Shown: positions 51,055-64,000, numbered from the stretch's first letter. The stretch: DNA of 64,000 nt from Leucoraja erinacea (GCF_028641065.1 NC_073389.1:27900001-27964000); one strand, 5' to 3'. The notes: generated from the letters alone by a model not told the origin. Numbers and translations: made by a program.

Positions 51055-52147
51055 CCAGTGGTGAATCTGTGGAATCCATCACCACAGAAGGCCGTGGAGA
51101 CCAAGTCAATGAATATTTTTTAATGCAGAGATTGATATATTTTTGATTTATATAAATCCTTTCATGTTCTCCATAAATCTTTAAAGGCCATCATTTAGTT
51201 TTTTCGATGCAGCGTGGAAACAGGTGCTTTGGCTCACCGAGTCTGCGCCGACCACCAATCACCCCCTACACTAGTTTCATGTTATCCCATTTTCACATTA
51301 TCCCATCTACACATGAGGGGCAATTTACGGAAGACAATTAATCTACAAACCCGCATGCCTTAGGAATGTGGGAGAAAACCAGAGCACCCGGAGGAAACCC
51401 ACATGATCACAGGGAGCATATGCAAACGTCACACAGACACAGCAATTTTACCGAAGCCAATTAACCTACAAATCTGTACGTCTTTGGATAGGGAAGAAAC
51501 CAGAGCATCCGGAAAAAAAGACAGGGAGAACAAACAAACTCAAACTAGGGACAATCTGGAGTCCAATTAACCTATAAACCTGCATGTCTTTGGGGTGTGG
51601 GAGGAAACTGGCAAATGGAGAATGTGCAAACATTACACAGATAGCACCAAAGGAAAGGATTGAACTGAGGTGTCTAGCGCTGTGAGGCATCGGCCCTACA
51701 AGCCACACAAATATCAATGTCCAATTTATTTCCTGTCATTCCCGTTATGCTAATTGATATTTCTTTCCCTTCACGCTATGTCACTAAATTATGAGGCACA
51801 CACTGTGCCTAAGACAACTCCTTTGTTCTAACTAAAAGACACACTGAGAACAGCACTCTGCCCACTCGGCATGTCTTTCATCCAAGGCATTTGAAAGATT
51901 CTGGAAATGAATCTGTTGTTATTACCTTGTGCTCCAATGGGGGGGAAAATAATCAAGAGGGCAAATGTTATTCTGAAATTGGTGAAGAGCTCCTGAAAAA
52001 TTATTATCTTTAATTTGAGTTTCCTCCAGGAATAGAAGATACATTTCATCGGCAGCTGGCATTTAAAAAGGGTAGAGTTACCATAATGTTCTACCCTTTG
52101 ACATAAACCATGTTATTCTGGTTTAGCTGCCTTAACAACTCTTGGTT
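51055..52147. other. composite locally templated insertion (three segments)
   Basis: 51057-51152 = 52542-52637 (direct); 51153-51541 = inverted 49641-50048; 51541-52141 = inverted 53921-54521; flanked by a 26-bp imperfect duplication. Confidence 0.85.
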
Positions 52148-52204
52148 ATGCTTCCTATTATGGGGCAAAGAGAACTACACACAATACTCCAAATGCAGCC
52201 TAAC

Positions 52205-52768
52205 CTTTATAATCACAGATCAGACCGCATTTGAAGTATTGTGAGCAGTGTTGTGCCCAATATCTGAGGAAGGATGTGCTGGCATTGGAACGGGTTCAGA
52301 GGTTAAGAGAATGATCCCAGGAATGATTCATTTAACATATGATAAGCGTTTACGGCACTGGGCCTATACTCGCTGGAACTAAAAGGATGAGGGGGGGATT
52401 TCATTGAAATGTACCGACTAGTGAAAGGCCTGGATAGTGGATGGTTCCACTAGTGGGAGAGTCTAGGACCAGAAGTCATACACACAGAATAAATACACAT
52501 ACCTTTGGAATGGAGATGGGATAGAATTTATTTAGTCAGAGAGTGGTGAATATGTGGAATCCATCGCCACAGAAGGCTGTGGAGACCAAGACAATGGATA
52601 TTTTTTAATGCGGAGATTGATATATTTTTGATTTATAAGGGTGTTAGGGGTTATGTGGAAAAGGTAGGAGAATAGAGTTGCGAGGGAAAGAGAGATCAGC
52701 CATGATTGAATGGGGGAATAGACTTGATGCGCCGAATGACCTAATTTTGCTCCTATAACTTATGAACA
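52205..52768 (+). mobile_element. degraded CR1 3' fragment
   Basis: Degraded CR1 ORF2 C-terminus (RPHL..YC..Q..; FSQRVVN.WN) and 3' tail. Confidence 0.75.
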
Positions 52769-54664
52769 AACCAAAGTCCTATGTATCTATATACACGAAC
52801 ATTATACTTCCTCACATTTTCCGTGTTTAAGGTGCTAGATAAATGCAAGTTACAGCAGGTGACAGATGTGCAGCGCTTGCAGTTGGCAGTTCTGTTAATG
52901 TTTTTTTGGGGGAGATAGTGCCCCAGGGCAGTTCATAGAGGTGTGCAATTTAAAACCTGTACTTCAGTTTCACATTTCTCTTGGTCATCAAAAAATGAAA
53001 CCATTCTTTGTCGAGTACAAAACCCAGTAGCGTGGGATTCAATAACAGCTACTTTTGATACTCTTTCGCCTGTTTGTTCTGCAACACCGTGGCATCAATC
53101 ACTGTACATTCTCTCAACCACCCAAGACAAAGTGACTTGAAAGTGTACCCGATATTGAGCCATACACTGCATGAAAATTGTGTATTCATCAGCATTTCCA
53201 TTTTATTCATCATAAGATCATAAGACACAGGAACAGAATTAGGCCATTTGGCCCATTGAGTCTGCTCTGCTATTCAGTCATGACTGATCTATTTTTCGCT
53301 CTCAACCACATTCTCCTGTCTTCTCCCCGTAACCTTTGACACCTTTACTAATCAAAAACCTGTCAATCTCCGCTTTTAAAATACCCAATAACGTTGACTT
53401 GCTTCCGCCGCCATCTGTGGCAATGAATTCCACAGATTCACAACCTTCTGGCTAAACAAAATACATCATTTTATTCTGAGGCTACGCCCTCTGGTTCTAG
53501 ACTCTTATTTGCATCATATTATCTTGGTTTAGATTTATTATTTTCACGTGTACAGTGAAAAGCTTTGTTTTGCATGCTACCCAATCAAACCAGATAATAG
53601 CATGCATAAATGCACTCAAGCCGCACTCAAGTGCAATAGGTAGAGTGAAATGAAAGAGAGTGCAGAATATAAATACTAAGTTTATTTTGGGAACATGAGC
53701 CTTGTTACCAATTTGGATTTTGTTTAAATAAAGGCATTTTTGTGCGGCTGCTGGGAGAGAAAGCCAAAAAGACTGCGTCTGAAACGAAAGCAGAAAATGC
53801 TAGAAATAAATAGGATGTCTCGTTAAACAGTGTAAGAAAATTGACGATGCCATTTCTGTGGGGATAATCCTTCTTCACAATTAGAAAGGGTGTACTTATA
53901 ATTGTATCCCAGTTTCTTGTGAGTTGTTAAGGCAGCTAAACCAGAATAACGTGGTTTATGTCAAAGGGTAGAACATTATGGTAACTCTACACTTTTTAAA
54001 TGCCAGCTGCCGATGAAATGTATCTTCTATTCCTGGAGGAAACTCAAATTAAAGATAATAATTTTTCAGGAGCTCTTTACCAATTTCAGAATAACATTTG
54101 CCTTCTTGATTATTTTTCCCCCCATTGGAGCACAAGGTAATAACTACAGATTCATTTCCAGAATCTTTCAAATGCCTTGGATGAAAGACATGCCGAGGAG
54201 GCAGAGTGCTGTTCTCAGTGTGTCTTTTAGTTAGAACAAAGGAGTCGTCTTAGGCACAGTGTGTGCCTCATAATTTAGTGACATAGAGTGAAGGGAAAGA
54301 AATATCAACTAGCATAACGAGAATGACAGGAAATAAATAGGTGATTGATATTTGTGTGGCTTGTAGAGCCACTGCCTCACAGCGCTGGAGACCTCAGTTC
54401 AATCCTTTCCTTTGGTGCTATCTGTGTAAAGTTTGCACGTTCTCCATGTGCCAGTTTTCTCCCACATCCCAAAGACATGCAGGTTTGTAGGTTAATTGGC
54501 CTCTAGATTGCCCCAAGTATGTAGGGTGTGGATGAGAGAGTGGGATAACATTGAGGTAGTGTGAACGGGTGGACTTGGTAAACTGAAGGCTGTGTTTCCA
54601 TGCTGTATTTCTAAACTAAACTAAAAGCAAATTTCTGATCTTTTTTGGTATTTGTTTTCTGCAG

Positions 54665-54916
54665 GTTCAACCCTTCATCAAGCAATTTGTTCAAACGATG
54701 CTCTGTTTTTACTTCATATTCTTTTATCCCTTTCCAATTTTTGGGGTCCTACTTATTGCCATTTTACTTACACGCTACAAGACTCTAAACGCGCAGAAAA
54801 AGTCTGATGCAAAGAATGGTGTTCCGCTACTCTGGATTAAAGAGCCAGCGGTAACTTATTCCCCAACAAGTCTTGAGCCACCGGATTTCAGAATAGGACC
54901 AGGAAGCATCGCGTAA
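54665..54916 (+). CDS. IGSF3: IGSF3 last coding exon: TM helix + cytoplasmic tail (apparent +1 T at 54706-54710)
   Basis: ttttctgcag acceptor; GSTLHQAICSNDALF, then (frame +1) YFIFFYPFPIFGVLLIAILL...KNGVPLLWIKEP..YSPTSLEPP...GSIA*, the diagnostic IGSF3 C-terminus; stop TAA 54914-54916. Confidence 0.92.
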   Translation, partial: VQPFIKQFVQTMLCFYFIFFYPFPIFGVLLIAILLTRYKTLNAQKKSDAKNGVPLLWIKEPAVTYSPTSLEPPDFRIGPGSIA

Positions 54917-56333
54917 CAAAGGAAAAAGAGAAAAGAATTTTGGACAAATAAATTGATGTTCAACTGAGGTAATATTGAACTAGAGGTGAATATTCACCCC
55001 AAAAAAATGATCAAAATTTGAAAGCAACATCCTCCATCCCTTGTATCATGAATGAAGATCCTGAGGGTCAATCGATTGAGAAATGGGGGAAGAAATGGTA
55101 CTTTTATCGTTAAAATGTTTGACTCAATTGGCCTCCTTCCCAATACACCTAGAAGACTTACTTTGTGTAGCTGGTATATTTTGTTTCACACTAATGTGTT
55201 TATCTTTAAATGGAAGTTCATTCCTGATTGTATAGCACTGACTGCAGCATACATCAGCAACATGTGCTGCATTTGCCTCGGAAATTCCAGACTGAATGCA
55301 ATGTACCATTGCTGCTGTTTGGCTTGGTTAGCGCCTCAGACTGTCGATGAATTTCTAGTCCTAATTTGCCAACTATTTTCACTGCATGAGCACTCTGCGT
55401 ATTACATTAGTCTGCTTTGTGTAATAGGTCTGATGTCATTAAAACCAGATAATCTTCTAAATGTTAAGAATACACAACTGTACAATGGTAGAAACGGATT
55501 GAACTATGATGGAGGATATTTTTTCTTTTAATTGCCCAATCAGTTTGGTTAATGAACCGAAGAGTCAATGTAATATCCAAAGCAAGTCGCAACTGGATGG
55601 ACTGTTATCCAGTCAGGTCCCTGGTAACCAGCACAACTTGAATACTGAACAATGGAAGGCATGGAAAAAGAGTGGGATTTTCATGGAAACCAAGGAAAAG
55701 CCATGGGACTGAAGGCTCATCGATATTGTGTCAGGCGAAACTCCACATTTGATCAATGGGATGTGCAATGGAGAAGCCAAGGAGGGCATTTTGTGTAGGC
55801 AGTGATGTTCCTTAATGTTGTAATTGCATTCTGACCTAAACTGAAACAACTTACCCAAATGCAGAATGTGGGACAACAAAATTCTATTCCTTCCAGTGAG
55901 TACAGTGAAGATTATTAGCAAGTACAGCCAATCTTTCTTGTTTATGAATTTTTGATATGGCTGTCTGATCAAGCTGCAACTTTACAGAATGGAGTTTTCA
56001 TGCAGTTTTTTAAATTTTATTTTGCACTTTTTGAAATAACTTTTTATTCCGTGTTTGAACAAATTTCATTATATTTGCCTGTTTTGTTTCAATAGTGTTC
56101 TTTGAAAGAGTGCTGTTTGACCAAGAGAAAGGGTTACAGATCTGAACAAATCTAATGCCCTACAAAGTTCAACTTGTTATATGGATGTTAGACTTTGCTG
56201 TAAAATCTGCCAAACTAAATCACATAATACTTGCCTCAGCTTACTTACTGTGAAGAATCTTCAAAGAAACTCTCATGTACTCCAACAAAGCAACTCCATT
56301 TTAAATTACTAAATGAAACTTAAAAACACAAAT

Positions 56334-56600
56334 GGGGCAGCACAGTGGCACAGCTGCTGCCTCAGGCGCTGAAGACCCGGGTTCGATCCTGACTACGGGT
56401 GCTGTCTGTGTGGAGTTTGCACATTCTCCTTGTGACTGCATGGGTTTCCTCCCACATCCCAAAGACGTGCGAGTTTGTAGGTTAATTGGCCTCTGTTAAA
56501 TTACCCCTAGTGTGTAGGGAATGGATGAGAAAGTGGGATAACATAGTGTTCGGCGTGGATTCTGTAAGCCAATGGTCCTATTTCCATGCTGATGCTTTTA
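56334..56600 (+). mobile_element. HE1-like SINE in 3' UTR region
   Basis: Head/core/tail. Confidence 0.8.
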
Positions 56601-58484
56601 TTGCAGGAACCACATGGTTTTAATTAATAGTTGATTATTTGATACAGCCTTTAATGATTTCATAGCTGATCACATCAAGCCAGCTGATCAGAACTGCAGC
56701 AGCTATTTTTTATAGTTTGTTAGTCCATGTGAAGAATACTCCTATTGTATCGCATATAATCTCTATATAATGAATCTTAGACCAACATACAGGTACTTGA
56801 CATAAGTCCATGATAAATTACTGCAAACTTAAACAGTTTTAGCTTCTGCACTATTGATCTCATTCAGTGGTTCAATGGTACTTTATTGTCACACGTACCT
56901 AAATACAGTGAAATTATTTGTTGTGCGTACAGTTCAGTAGAATCATACTATACATAAGCTCAATCATACAAGTACAAGAATGGCACAATTGTAGTGCAAG
57001 AATAGTAGATTACGCTGAGGCAGTACACAAAGAGTCGCCACGTTTTGGCACCCTGATTTCAAGTTCTTAAAATAGAGCTTTATCTTGGCCTCAAAGGCCC
57101 ATAACCCTGGCAACAACAGATCCTGTCATTAACAGAACTAATGAACAAAAGAGCTGGTGGTTCTGGTAAGATCCTTACAATTTCTGTTTTTTTTTCTTAG
57201 ATGTTCCTTCTAGACAAAACCAATAAGAGGTTCAGACGGTATTTTGTTCCTTGAAGTGTTGAATGTGTTCAAGTTTTGGTGTCTGTACTTTACGAGCAGA
57301 GATGATTCATGGCTAACAACAGGGTAACCAGCTGCTCTGAAGTTTCTTTGAAGCATGCGTTTAGACTATGTTTATCAAGAGTTGTTTCAAGAGATGGTAT
57401 GTCATCTAAGTTTGAATTTAGATGTCGGATTCATTGTCAGACTAACTATGTAGCCCAAAGATCTTCAAGTGAATACAGTATGTGATCAATGTAACACGAT
57501 ATCTTTATTACCAAAACAGCAAAGACATTTAACCACTAACCTTTTGTAGGCAGTCTCTCAGAACTGAATGTGACTTGCTTCCACCATGGTCTCGAGATGG
57601 ACATGCTTCTATGTGTAATGTGAGCTGGTCTTTGCAAGCCAACATGATCCTTATAGAGTATGGTTCTGGACCAATGGTAAGGAGAGCCAAGGCAACAGGA
57701 GGCCTAGCTTTGCTAAAAAAAAACACAACGTGATGGAGTAACTCAGCGGGTCAGGCAACCTCTGTGGAAGACATGGATAGGTGGCGCTTCAGGTTGGGAC
57801 CCGTCTTCAGATTGATTGCAGTGTAGGAGTGCGGGAAGGACAAAGCCTGGCAAGTGATAGGTTGATACAGGTGAGGTGGGTGGTGAGGGGTTGATTGACA
57901 GATTAGTGGACAAAGGCCAGAGATGAAAAGAAATGATCCCTAGTGAGATAAAAGGGGAGACGAGGAGTGAAATGTGAAGCTAGAGGGACGGATATGGGTG
58001 GAAGGGGAAGAAGGTGGGGGGATAGTGGGAGAAATGGATGAACATCTGGGTTGGGTACAGGAAAGAGAGCAAGAAAAAAGCAAGGGGTAGGGGTTGGGTC
58101 TGGGTACCAAGCTTTGGTGCACCAACTTAACATGCACACACATAATCTGGCCCCCATCCTTTTCCTTGGCCCATCTTGCAGGTACCACATGCTCTCGCCG
58201 TCCACCCCTTCACTCTTTCCTCCAGCAGTTTCCCTTGCATGGTCTCCCAATCGTTCTCTCCCTCCCCTAACTGGCTTCTAAGGTTTCTCCTGTGTGCAAG
58301 TTATCTGTTGCTTCCCTCTCCCTTCACTCACCTCTTTCATTTTTAATCCCTTTCCCCTTCCATACCCTCTCAATTCCTCCACTATCATGTCGCAGCTCCT
58401 TGCTGCCTCCAAGAGTGAGGCTTTTAAACTAGCACTGCTACTTGCCCTCTTGGTGGACCGAGATGCCATGAGAAGTTAATTGCT

Positions 58485-58765
58485 TAGATTAGTTTAGAGA
58501 TACAGCGTGGAAACAGGTACTTCGTCCCACCGAGTCCGTGCCAACCAGCGATAACCCACTCACACTAGTTCTTTTTCCTATACACTAGGAAGCCAATTAA
58601 CCTGCAATCCTGCATGTCTTTGGAATGTGGAAAGAAAGTAGAGCACCCGGAGAAAACCTACATGATAACAGAGAAAGTTCAAACTTCATACACACACCAC
58701 CTGTAGAAAGAACCTAGGTCTCTGGCGCTGTAAAGCAGCAACACGACCGCTGCGCCACTGTGCCG
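58485..58765 (-). mobile_element. HE1-like SINE
   Basis: Head/core/tail on the minus strand. Confidence 0.8.
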
Positions 58766-61038
58766 TTCTGCATTCAGATCATACTATACAAGAATACAAT
58801 CAAGCCATGCACAGCATAACAGGTAGAGCTAACAGAAGAATACCAGAGTGCAGAATATAGTTTTACAGCATTGTGGCATTACAGTTCCAGACAAAAAGTC
58901 CAATATTCGCAATGAAGTTGGTTGGAGGATTGGGACTGACCCCTAGCCTATGGGAGAATCTTTCAGAAGTCTGATAACAGAAGGGAAAAAGTCTGGTGGT
59001 GCGTGCATTCAAGCTTTTGTAACTTTTGTCTGACGGGAGCGGGAAGAAGAAGGAATGACCGGGTTAGGGAAAGGTCCTTGAATATGTTGGCTGCTTTCCT
59101 GAGGCAGATGGAGTTGATGATGGGGAGGCTTTGGCCCAACTCGTTCATGCGACCAAGGTACTAAATCTAAACTAACTCAGTATCTTCACTGTAACTAGGT
59201 CAAGCCAACAAATTCAAACTTTCTTGGAATGACCTGCTGAGTTGTCTAACAGAATGAAATGATCCTGATATTTATGAACTGCAACATTTGGCACCACGGT
59301 AGCAATGCATGAATAAGGGAGCAATTACAGGTATATACCAATTAAGTCTAGGCAGATTAAGCTGAGAAAGGCATAACCCATTCAGCGCTAGACTTTAGAG
59401 CTCGAAAGACCATAGCAACTTCAAAAAGCAAATATAATTGGATCTCTTCTGGAGCTTGAGTGAATGCACAAATACTTTGCAGACGATTGAATAATTGAAT
59501 AGGAATATGAAACACTCGGCATTTAAACATTTTTGTGTTTGGCACTTCATTGCACGCTGTAGAAAAATTCTTATGTTCAGCATTATTTTGGCAATACATG
59601 TCATGCAAGCATACTCCTTCATTAATATTTAAATGGATGTATAATGACATGAATGATGTAACACATTCTCATCATACCCTACAGGGAAATAGATTATGAA
59701 GGAACAATTGCAAATGCTGCAATTTTCCAAGGGTAATAATTATTAACATATTTTTTTATAAGCTTTCACTATCTACTTGAGATAAAAGCAGTTTTCTAAA
59801 AATTGGAAATACAGACCAACATCCTCCATTCAAATCGGGTTCTGCATATAAAATCCAATTGAAATTCTTAGTTGTCATCAATGTATCTGGATGGAAATAA
59901 AGTTCTAAAAAAAAAGAGAAATAGATAGTCCTGACCACCCCCCCCCTCCCTCATCTACCTCATTGGAGATCTTCAAACCATATTTAGTCAGACTTTACTG
60001 GACTTTATCTTGCACCCTTTATCCTGTGTCTGTACACTGTGGTCGGCTTGGTTGGAATCATGTATAGTCTTTTCGCTGACTGGATAGTACGTAACAAAAA
60101 AGCTTTTTACTGTATCTCGGTACAGGTGACAATAAAAATAATATATTGTTAACTAATAAAAAAGAAAATTTAATTTCACAAAATAAAAATTAACATCGCA
60201 AGTTTTTCTTCACAATCTGTGAAGAAATATAATTCATAATTTATTTATACTTTGAATTAATGCATTTAATCAAAGTGAGTATTTTTTAATCTTCAATTTT
60301 TAAAGTCTGAAGCAGAATTGCATGTCGAGTATTACTGAATCGAAAATGATGACCAGAATATGATGACCACTTGATATTCTAACTCTCTTTTTATTTTCTT
60401 CAATATGATAATTTCTCAATTCTCCTAATCTCAGTGGAATCCCATTGGAATATGAACAAATTTTCAATGCATTTAATCCATTCAAATGCCCAATTTTAAG
60501 TCTGACAGTGATTTTCAATATGGTATTCGATTATGTTTGGCATAAAAGCATTGCCTGAGTATCTTTTTAATTGAAATGTTCACGTCGTGCTTTAATCTGT
60601 TCCTGCCTGGTTTTACCAATTTGACTCTTTGGAACAAACTATGGATTTAATTGCTGCCAATCAGGAAGGAGTAATTGAAGGCATGCCAGTATTCCAACCA
60701 GGGAGTCTCCTCGCCCGCTTCATTGCTTCTCCCGGCCCAGGTTTGCTCATTACTTTAGACAAGCTGTCATTCACAGAATCGTACACTTTAACCATCAATC
60801 ATTTGTTAGCCCTTTTTTTTCCTTAAAAAAATGCAGCTTGTTACATTGTCCCAAAATATACCTCTCCATTATTTTGCAAGATACAATTCACTGTTAAAAG
60901 TTACCATTTCAAATAAAATCTCATCTCTCAATTTTGCTTAAATCTATGCATTTTGGTTATCCACTTGGTGAGAAATGTTTCTCATTGTTGATTCAATCAT
61001 AGATTCATCCAGCAAGGAATTGTGCCCTTTGGCACAAC

Positions 61039-61362
61039 GGGTAGCACAGTGGAGCAGCGGTAGAGTTGCCGCCTTACAGCACCAGAGACCTGGGTTCGAT
61101 CTTGACCTCGGGTACTGTCTAAATGGAGTTTGTACGTTCTCCCTGTGATCACATGGGTTTTGTCCAGGTGCTCCAGTTTCATCCCACACCCCAAAGACTT
61201 GAGGGTTTGTTGTTTAATTGGCCTCTGTAAATTGCCCATACTGTGTAAGGAGTGGATGAGAAAGTGGGATAACTTAGAACTAGTGTGAACGGGTGATCAA
61301 TAGACAATGTGGGACCCATTGGGCCGAAGGGCCTGTTTTCATGTTGCATCTTTCAATCAATC
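61039..61362 (+). mobile_element. HE1-like SINE
   Basis: Full length, (TCAA)n tail. Confidence 0.85.
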
Positions 61363-62217
61363 AAACTGAGGTCTCAGTCTTCCAGTTCCTTCATCAGCTG
61401 AAACGCAAGCTCTGGGATTAGCTTGCCTGTTTGTCTGGGAAAAGTAGAGGAGAGAAGGACGATCAGCTATGATCTTGGAACAGAGCAGATTTGAACAGGC
61501 AAATTATCTCCTCCTGATCCTATGATGTTCTGAGGGACAGGATAAAACCCCCTCCAATCCTGCGTACATTTGAATTTCAAAGAGGCAAGAGGTTGTATGT
61601 TCATACCCATGCTAAATAATAATTAAATGCATCCTTAAAGTCAAAATCAAATTTGACACAGTGCTTCATGAATACATAATTTTGCATTATTTACCCATCA
61701 TAGTAAATTCATTAAATACTTAAATAAAACAGCATATTTCCATCAGCATACTGGAGTGCATTTAAAATTGAATGATCAAAGGGTATTTGGTTGGAATGAA
61801 TGTCTCTGCTGAAAGGTAAATATGAGTGAAATTAAGCTACGTTAAACTTTCCATCTAATTTACAGTTATCAAATTTAATTTATTTACCAGAAATACACTA
61901 ACTCCATCGTTAATGGCTTTCATCCTAATCTTGCACAGTCACAATCTGAAATTTCCATGCCATTTGTTGCTGGACCTTGGATTGTGGGGATAAACAGGCT
62001 ATACATGAACACAAAAAGACACAAAGTGCTGGAGTAACTCGGCATCTCTTGAGAATATGGATAGGTGACATTTTGGGTTGAGCTCTTCTGGCTAGAGATG
62101 GGTTACATGAATGGTACCTGAGCTGCTGAGTTGTTCCAGCACTTTGCATTTTTTTTGTGATCCAGCAGCTGCAATCTCTTGTGTCTCTTTTACAAGAACA
62201 ATCATTTGTCACTAAAG

Positions 62218-62515
62218 GGGGCGGGCATAGTGACGCAGCGGCAGAGGTGCTGCCTCACAGCGCCACAGACCCAGATTCGATCCTGAACACGGATGCTGTC
62301 TGTGTGGAGTTTGCAAATTTTCCGTGACCACGTGGGTTTTTCCAGGAGCTCCCAGATCCCAAAGATGTGCGGGTTTGTAGGTTAAATGGTCTCTGTAAAT
62401 TGTCCCCAGAGTATAGGGAGTGGATGCGAAAGTGGGATAACATGGAACTAGTGTGCTGGTGATCAATGGTCGGCGTGGACTCAGAAGGGTGTCTTTCCAC
62501 ACAGTATCTCTAAAC
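62218..62515 (+). mobile_element. HE1-like SINE (further copies ~7800, 24025-24470, 31388, 39365, 41760, 44000, 54370)
   Basis: Full head/core/tail. Confidence 0.85.
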
Positions 62516-63510
62516 TTCTGCCTAAACTCTAAGGGCCGAATGGCCTAATCCTGCACCTATTCTCTATTGTCTAAAGTTAGATCCAATTGGATCCAGAGTT
62601 TCTTCAGAAATGAATTTTGTTTCATTCACGATTTCTCAAATATTTACAAGTTTGACCAGTCAGAAGGTTCTGCTTTGGCCAAGTTGCATTTGATCAATTC
62701 TAGTCAATTTGTATTGTTGTCACTAAACAAAATGGTTGCACTTTGTAACTATAGGGATGGCATACTTCAACACAAATTTAGACTCCCTGCACTGCCTTCA
62801 AGGAGAGGTATTATATATTTTTTAAAAAGGACACAAATTGCTGGAGCAACTCAGCAGGTCAGGCAGTATCTCTGAAGAACATGGATAGATGATGTTTAGG
62901 GTTCTCGATCTTAAACATCATCTATCCATGTCCTCCAGAGATGCTTCCTGACGTGAGTTTCTCTGGCAATGTGTCCTTTTCTGTGTATTAACCAGAATCT
63001 GCAGTTCCTTGATTCTACGAGGTGGTATACATAACATGGCCATCCTGGTTTGAAGTCTTATAGTCAACGTGTTTAACGAGCTTTGCAATATTAAAATTAA
63101 CCTATGGGTCATAAGTGTCACACACCAGCCTGATGTACAAGCTTCTTGCTGGGCAGGCAATTATTTAGGCGTATCCTGTTACTCAGTTATCGCGGTGTTA
63201 AATTTTTTATTGTGAGGTGGAAGCCTTTACTACAAACCATAAACACAAACATTTTCGTACTGTTTGCACTGTAATATGTACTCTAATCTAAAACTCTTAT
63301 AATCAATGGGCACTTCAGTTGGAATGTAAACATAGCTTAACTTGTTGGGATATTCCCAATTTCACATTGTTTGGATGGACATCCTATTTTAGAAATTTTC
63401 TATGTATCAATAGTGCATGATACGGCTGAATTTACTTTGTGATACAAATGTTTAATGTGAATTTTACATTGTGATGCGCTTTGTTTGAATCCTCGTGTAA
63501 TTTAGTTGTT

Positions 63511-63516
63511 AATAAA
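63511..63516 (+). terminator. candidate distal poly(A) signal of IGSF3 (proximal AATAAA also at 54947-54952)
   Basis: AATAAA at the end of a ~300 bp AT/TGTA-rich non-repetitive block; inference only. Confidence 0.35.
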
Positions 63517-64000
63517 ATGTTGGATCTTGAAAAAAATTGTAGTGGATTCAGCCCAGTCTAAACAGATGGTGATTGTGAAACTAAATGTTTCTATTTAAAG
63601 ACCTGCTGGCTCGTTGACATCTCTTCTCTTACCCCAGTGATTGATTTTGCTTTTATAGTTGACGAATGGTATCAAGGTAAACAACCTGAGAAGCTGCATT
63701 GCTGGCATAAATTGGGTGAATTATGTGTTAGCCACAACATTGGAAACATTCCTCGTTCGTCTTCCAATGGAGCATTATACTTTCTTGACTCCACCTGAAA
63801 GAGCCAACATTTCATCTGAAAACGAATATTTCTCACGCTGCTGTACTCTGGTGTTGGGCAGAAGGATCTGTTTCCATGTTGTGTGGCTCCAAGACTCTCC
63901 CTGTCTGGTAAATGGGAAACTAATCACCTGGACTGTTTTATCCTTTAATGTGATGTTGCTGTTGCTTTATCCTTCCAGTCAAATGGGAATTATTACATTA

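Noticed and set aside
51828-54234. Duplicated 73-aa small-protein gene pair
   Set aside because: By-product of the intronic inverted duplication; no recognisable domain or gene structure
4612-54916. Alternative identity as CD101/IGSF2, PTGFRN or IGSF8
   Set aside because: Domain count and the CSNDALFYF..FYPFPIFG / KNGVPLLWIKEP tail fit IGSF3
55052-55531. 159-aa ORF after the IGSF3 stop
   Set aside because: Lies in the 3' UTR, has no recognisable homology, and the composition looks non-coding
58278-58469. MASRSTKRASSS... ORF as a small gene or LINE ORF1 start
   Set aside because: Short, no supporting splice sites or adjoining ORF2; cannot be assigned

Overview
Cartilaginous-fish genomic DNA, probably a skate or ray, judged from HE1-like V-SINEs, HER1/CR1 LINEs and Penelope-like repeats. 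The window holds the 3' part of IGSF3 (EWI family) on the + strand: seven phase-1 Ig-domain exons (domains 2-8) plus the TM/cytoplasmic exon, followed by an apparently long 3' UTR. The signal peptide and Ig1 lie upstream of the window. As given, the last exon has a +1 T in a T5 run that frameshifts the TM domain. The introns are dense with nested mobile elements: a near-complete but dead DIRS1-type tyrosine-recombinase retrotransposon with a fully resolvable ATT crossover, a near-full-length CR1, Tx1, Rex1 and RTE-X-like fragments, Penelope pieces carrying minimal hammerhead-like motifs, a solo LTR, and four TIR MITEs with exact target-site duplications (TSDs). The most unusual structures are (i) a ~1.1 kb insertion in the last intron stitched from three locally templated segments, two of them inverted, (ii) further short local duplications, and (iii) an 'interleaved ghost' copy at 40.65-40.99 kb that is probably an assembly-consensus artefact. 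I found no convincing wholly new protein-coding system. Family assignments come from recalled motifs, not database searches.
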